Assembly (NCBI GenBank): GCA_963662795.1
Contig: OY759746.1
Coordinates: 2,016,001 to 2,080,000, forward strand
From: Spirochaetia bacterium
GTDB taxonomy: Bacteria; Spirochaetota; Spirochaetia; CADAEX01
Reading direction: 5' to 3'
Length of the DNA: 64,000 nucleotides
The notes below the pieces were generated by a model. The model was given only the letters and a program-made list of their open reading frames with translations, had not been told where the DNA came from and did no database searches. Below are positions 62,748-64,000 of the stretch, piece after piece. Position 1 is the stretch's first letter. Each line of letters begins with the position of its first letter. Position numbers and translations under genes: made by a program.

Positions 62748-62802
62748 AAAACTTGATTAATAGTATAAACATAGTATATACTATTAATCAAGGATGATTT
62801 AT

Positions 62803-63039
62803 ATGGAAACTGTAATTAAGAAATGGGGTAATAGCCTGGGAGTAAGAATACCAAGTCTTATGGCTAAAGATTTATCTTTAAAAGACGGCTCATTTGTAGA
62901 AATTGAAGAAGAAGGGGATAAAATAGTCATAAAACAAAAGAAAAAGACTAATTTAAATGAAATGCTAAGGAGCATTGATATTAATAATCTTCATGGCGAA
63001 ATAGATACAAATAGTCCGGTAGGAAATGAAATATGGTAA
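62803..63039 (+). CDS. mazE: MazE/AbrB antitoxin
   Basis: IKKWGNSLGVRIP. Confidence 0.9.
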   Translation: METVIKKWGNSLGVRIPSLMAKDLSLKDGSFVEIEEEGDKIVIKQKKKTNLNEMLRSIDINNLHGEIDTNSPVGNEIW

Positions 63040-63374
63040 AGAAGGTCTATATTCCTGAAAGGGGAGATATAATCTGGTTAGATTTTACACCGCAATCAGG
63101 CCATGAACAGATGGGGAAAAGACCTGCAATTGTAGTTTCCCCAAAAGAATATAATGAAAAAGTAGGACTAGGACTATTTTGTCCCATAACAAGTAAAGAA
63201 AAAGGTTATCCATTTGAAGTGAAGATAGAAAATAAGAAAATAGATGGAGTTATATTATCAGATCAGCTTAAAAGTCTTGATTGGAAGAGCCGAAATGCAG
63301 AGTTTATAGTAAAAGCAAAAAAAGAAGAAATAAATGAAGTTATAGAAAAAATCAGTGTATTGATATTTGTATAA
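63033..63374 (+). CDS. mazF: MazF/PemK endoribonuclease toxin
   Basis: PERGDIIWLDF.PQSGHEQ...RPA. Confidence 0.92.
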   Translation: MVKKVYIPERGDIIWLDFTPQSGHEQMGKRPAIVVSPKEYNEKVGLGLFCPITSKEKGYPFEVKIENKKIDGVILSDQLKSLDWKSRNAEFIVKAKKEEINEVIEKISVLIFV

Positions 63375-63390
63375 AAACCCCAGAAAAAGA

Positions 63391-63676
63391 AACCAAGCTG
63401 CCGTCCATGGCATCTTGGTTAAGGCGGGGTACTGCTACTAACAGCGATTATTTCGCTGCGCGCCCGATGGTCGCTTGGGCTCCTGCCAGTTGAGCTGGCA
63501 GATCGCCATATTTTGTTTTCATAAAACCTGAACGATATATGTTTTATGCTTTTTATGTTTGAAAAACCAAATAAATGTATTTTTAGAGTTTAGCCACAAA
63601 ACATCGAATAATCGCGAAACGTTATCCACAATGCCCCCACAAGAGAAAATCGCCCGGACCTCCGGCCGACGGGCGA
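63391..63676 (+). repeat. Composite junction site S36 (12 | alpha | 7)
   Basis: GGCGGGGTACTGCTACTAAC ... GTTATCCACAATGCCCCCA. Confidence 0.9.
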
Positions 63677-63717
63677 AGAAAATAGCTGTACAATATATTT
63701 TATAGAAGGAGTTATAA

Positions 63718-64000
63718 ATGAAACTTTTAAAAAATATTCTAATAATCATACTTTCTATAGTAGTTATATTAATTATTGGATTTGCAGTTTTTAAAGGTGT
63801 TTTCTTTCTGTTTAAATATTTAGATTCATTACAAAAAGAAGTTGCTGCATCAATTATTGCTGGATCTACAACAATAATTGTTTCAGTAATATCAATTACA
63901 TTAGCAAAATATAAAGAAAATAAACGTAGCATTGAATTTGAGATACGAGGTAAAAAAATACCAGTTTATGTTGAATTTATTAATTTTATAATGAAAATAC
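63718..64000 (+). CDS. Membrane protein, truncated by the window edge
   Basis: RBS AAGGAG, ATG at 63718, open to the end, two hydrophobic segments. Confidence 0.65.
   Translation, partial: MKLLKNILIIILSIVVILIIGFAVFKGVFFLFKYLDSLQKEVAASIIAGSTTIIVSVISITLAKYKENKRSIEFEIRGKKIPVYVEFINFIMKI

Larger units (their letters stand above)
1..64000 (+). mobile_element. Integron-like cassette array (non-canonical, two-tier), extends beyond both window edges
   Basis: 36 co-oriented AAC...GTT fold-back sites between short gene blocks, a tyrosine recombinase, and many TA and defence cassettes. Confidence 0.9.

Noticed and set aside
4263-62791. Antisense or alternative-frame ORFs inside long genes (e.g. 4263-4628, 29122-29481, 46227-46550, 62423-62791)
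   Set aside because: Shadow ORFs with no recognisable motifs, lying opposite or within well-supported genes.
1177-63442. Shufflon-style inversion between the inverted arms
   Set aside because: Hairpin B is always on the left and hairpin A on the right of every cassette, including the three with minus-strand genes; no inverted chassis is seen.
940-63676. CRISPR array interpretation of the GC-rich repeats
   Set aside because: Units are hundreds of bp long and separated by whole genes, not by 30-40 bp spacers; no cas genes are present.
1031-63932. Many short ORFs overlapping junction sites (e.g. 1031-1282, 2247-2501, 10437-10652, 33412-33717, 48469-48891, 63519-63932)
   Set aside because: They are translations of the repeated non-coding sites; frames, starts and lengths vary between copies.

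Overview
The whole AT-rich window is a single integron-like gene-cassette array with an unusual two-tier architecture. Thirty-six composite junction sites (S1-S36, mostly about 245-295 bp; S21 is a shorter degenerate copy), all in the same orientation, separate small gene blocks. Each site reads: GC-rich hairpin A, AAGAAG, 'barcode' arm, AAC, a long non-canonical attC-like fold-back core (4 families), GTT, 'barcode' arm, CAAGA, GC-rich hairpin B. The ~19-nt arm that opens a cassette is the reverse complement of the arm that closes the same cassette in 32 of 35 intervals. There are 12 sequence classes of arm, all keeping the same stem and internal-loop geometry. Seven cassettes are 'carriers': they start with a conserved ~55-bp attI-like segment, most hold ordinary integron cassettes with canonical attC sites, and their cargo is enriched in predicted defence genes. 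The only recombinase gene (34713-35597, minus strand) is a tyrosine recombinase that lacks the IntI-specific insertion and lies in the middle of the array. Cargo includes Gabija-like, Sir2-HerA, AbiH, HEPN/ApeA-like, OLD-family, PIN and RES proteins, 8 toxin-antitoxin pairs, and small stress or metabolic genes. Three apparently identical IS4-family copies and one IS1182-family element (inserted exactly at an attC crossover point) interrupt the array. No rRNA, tRNA or CRISPR array was seen. All protein-family calls come from motif recognition by eye, not database searches.
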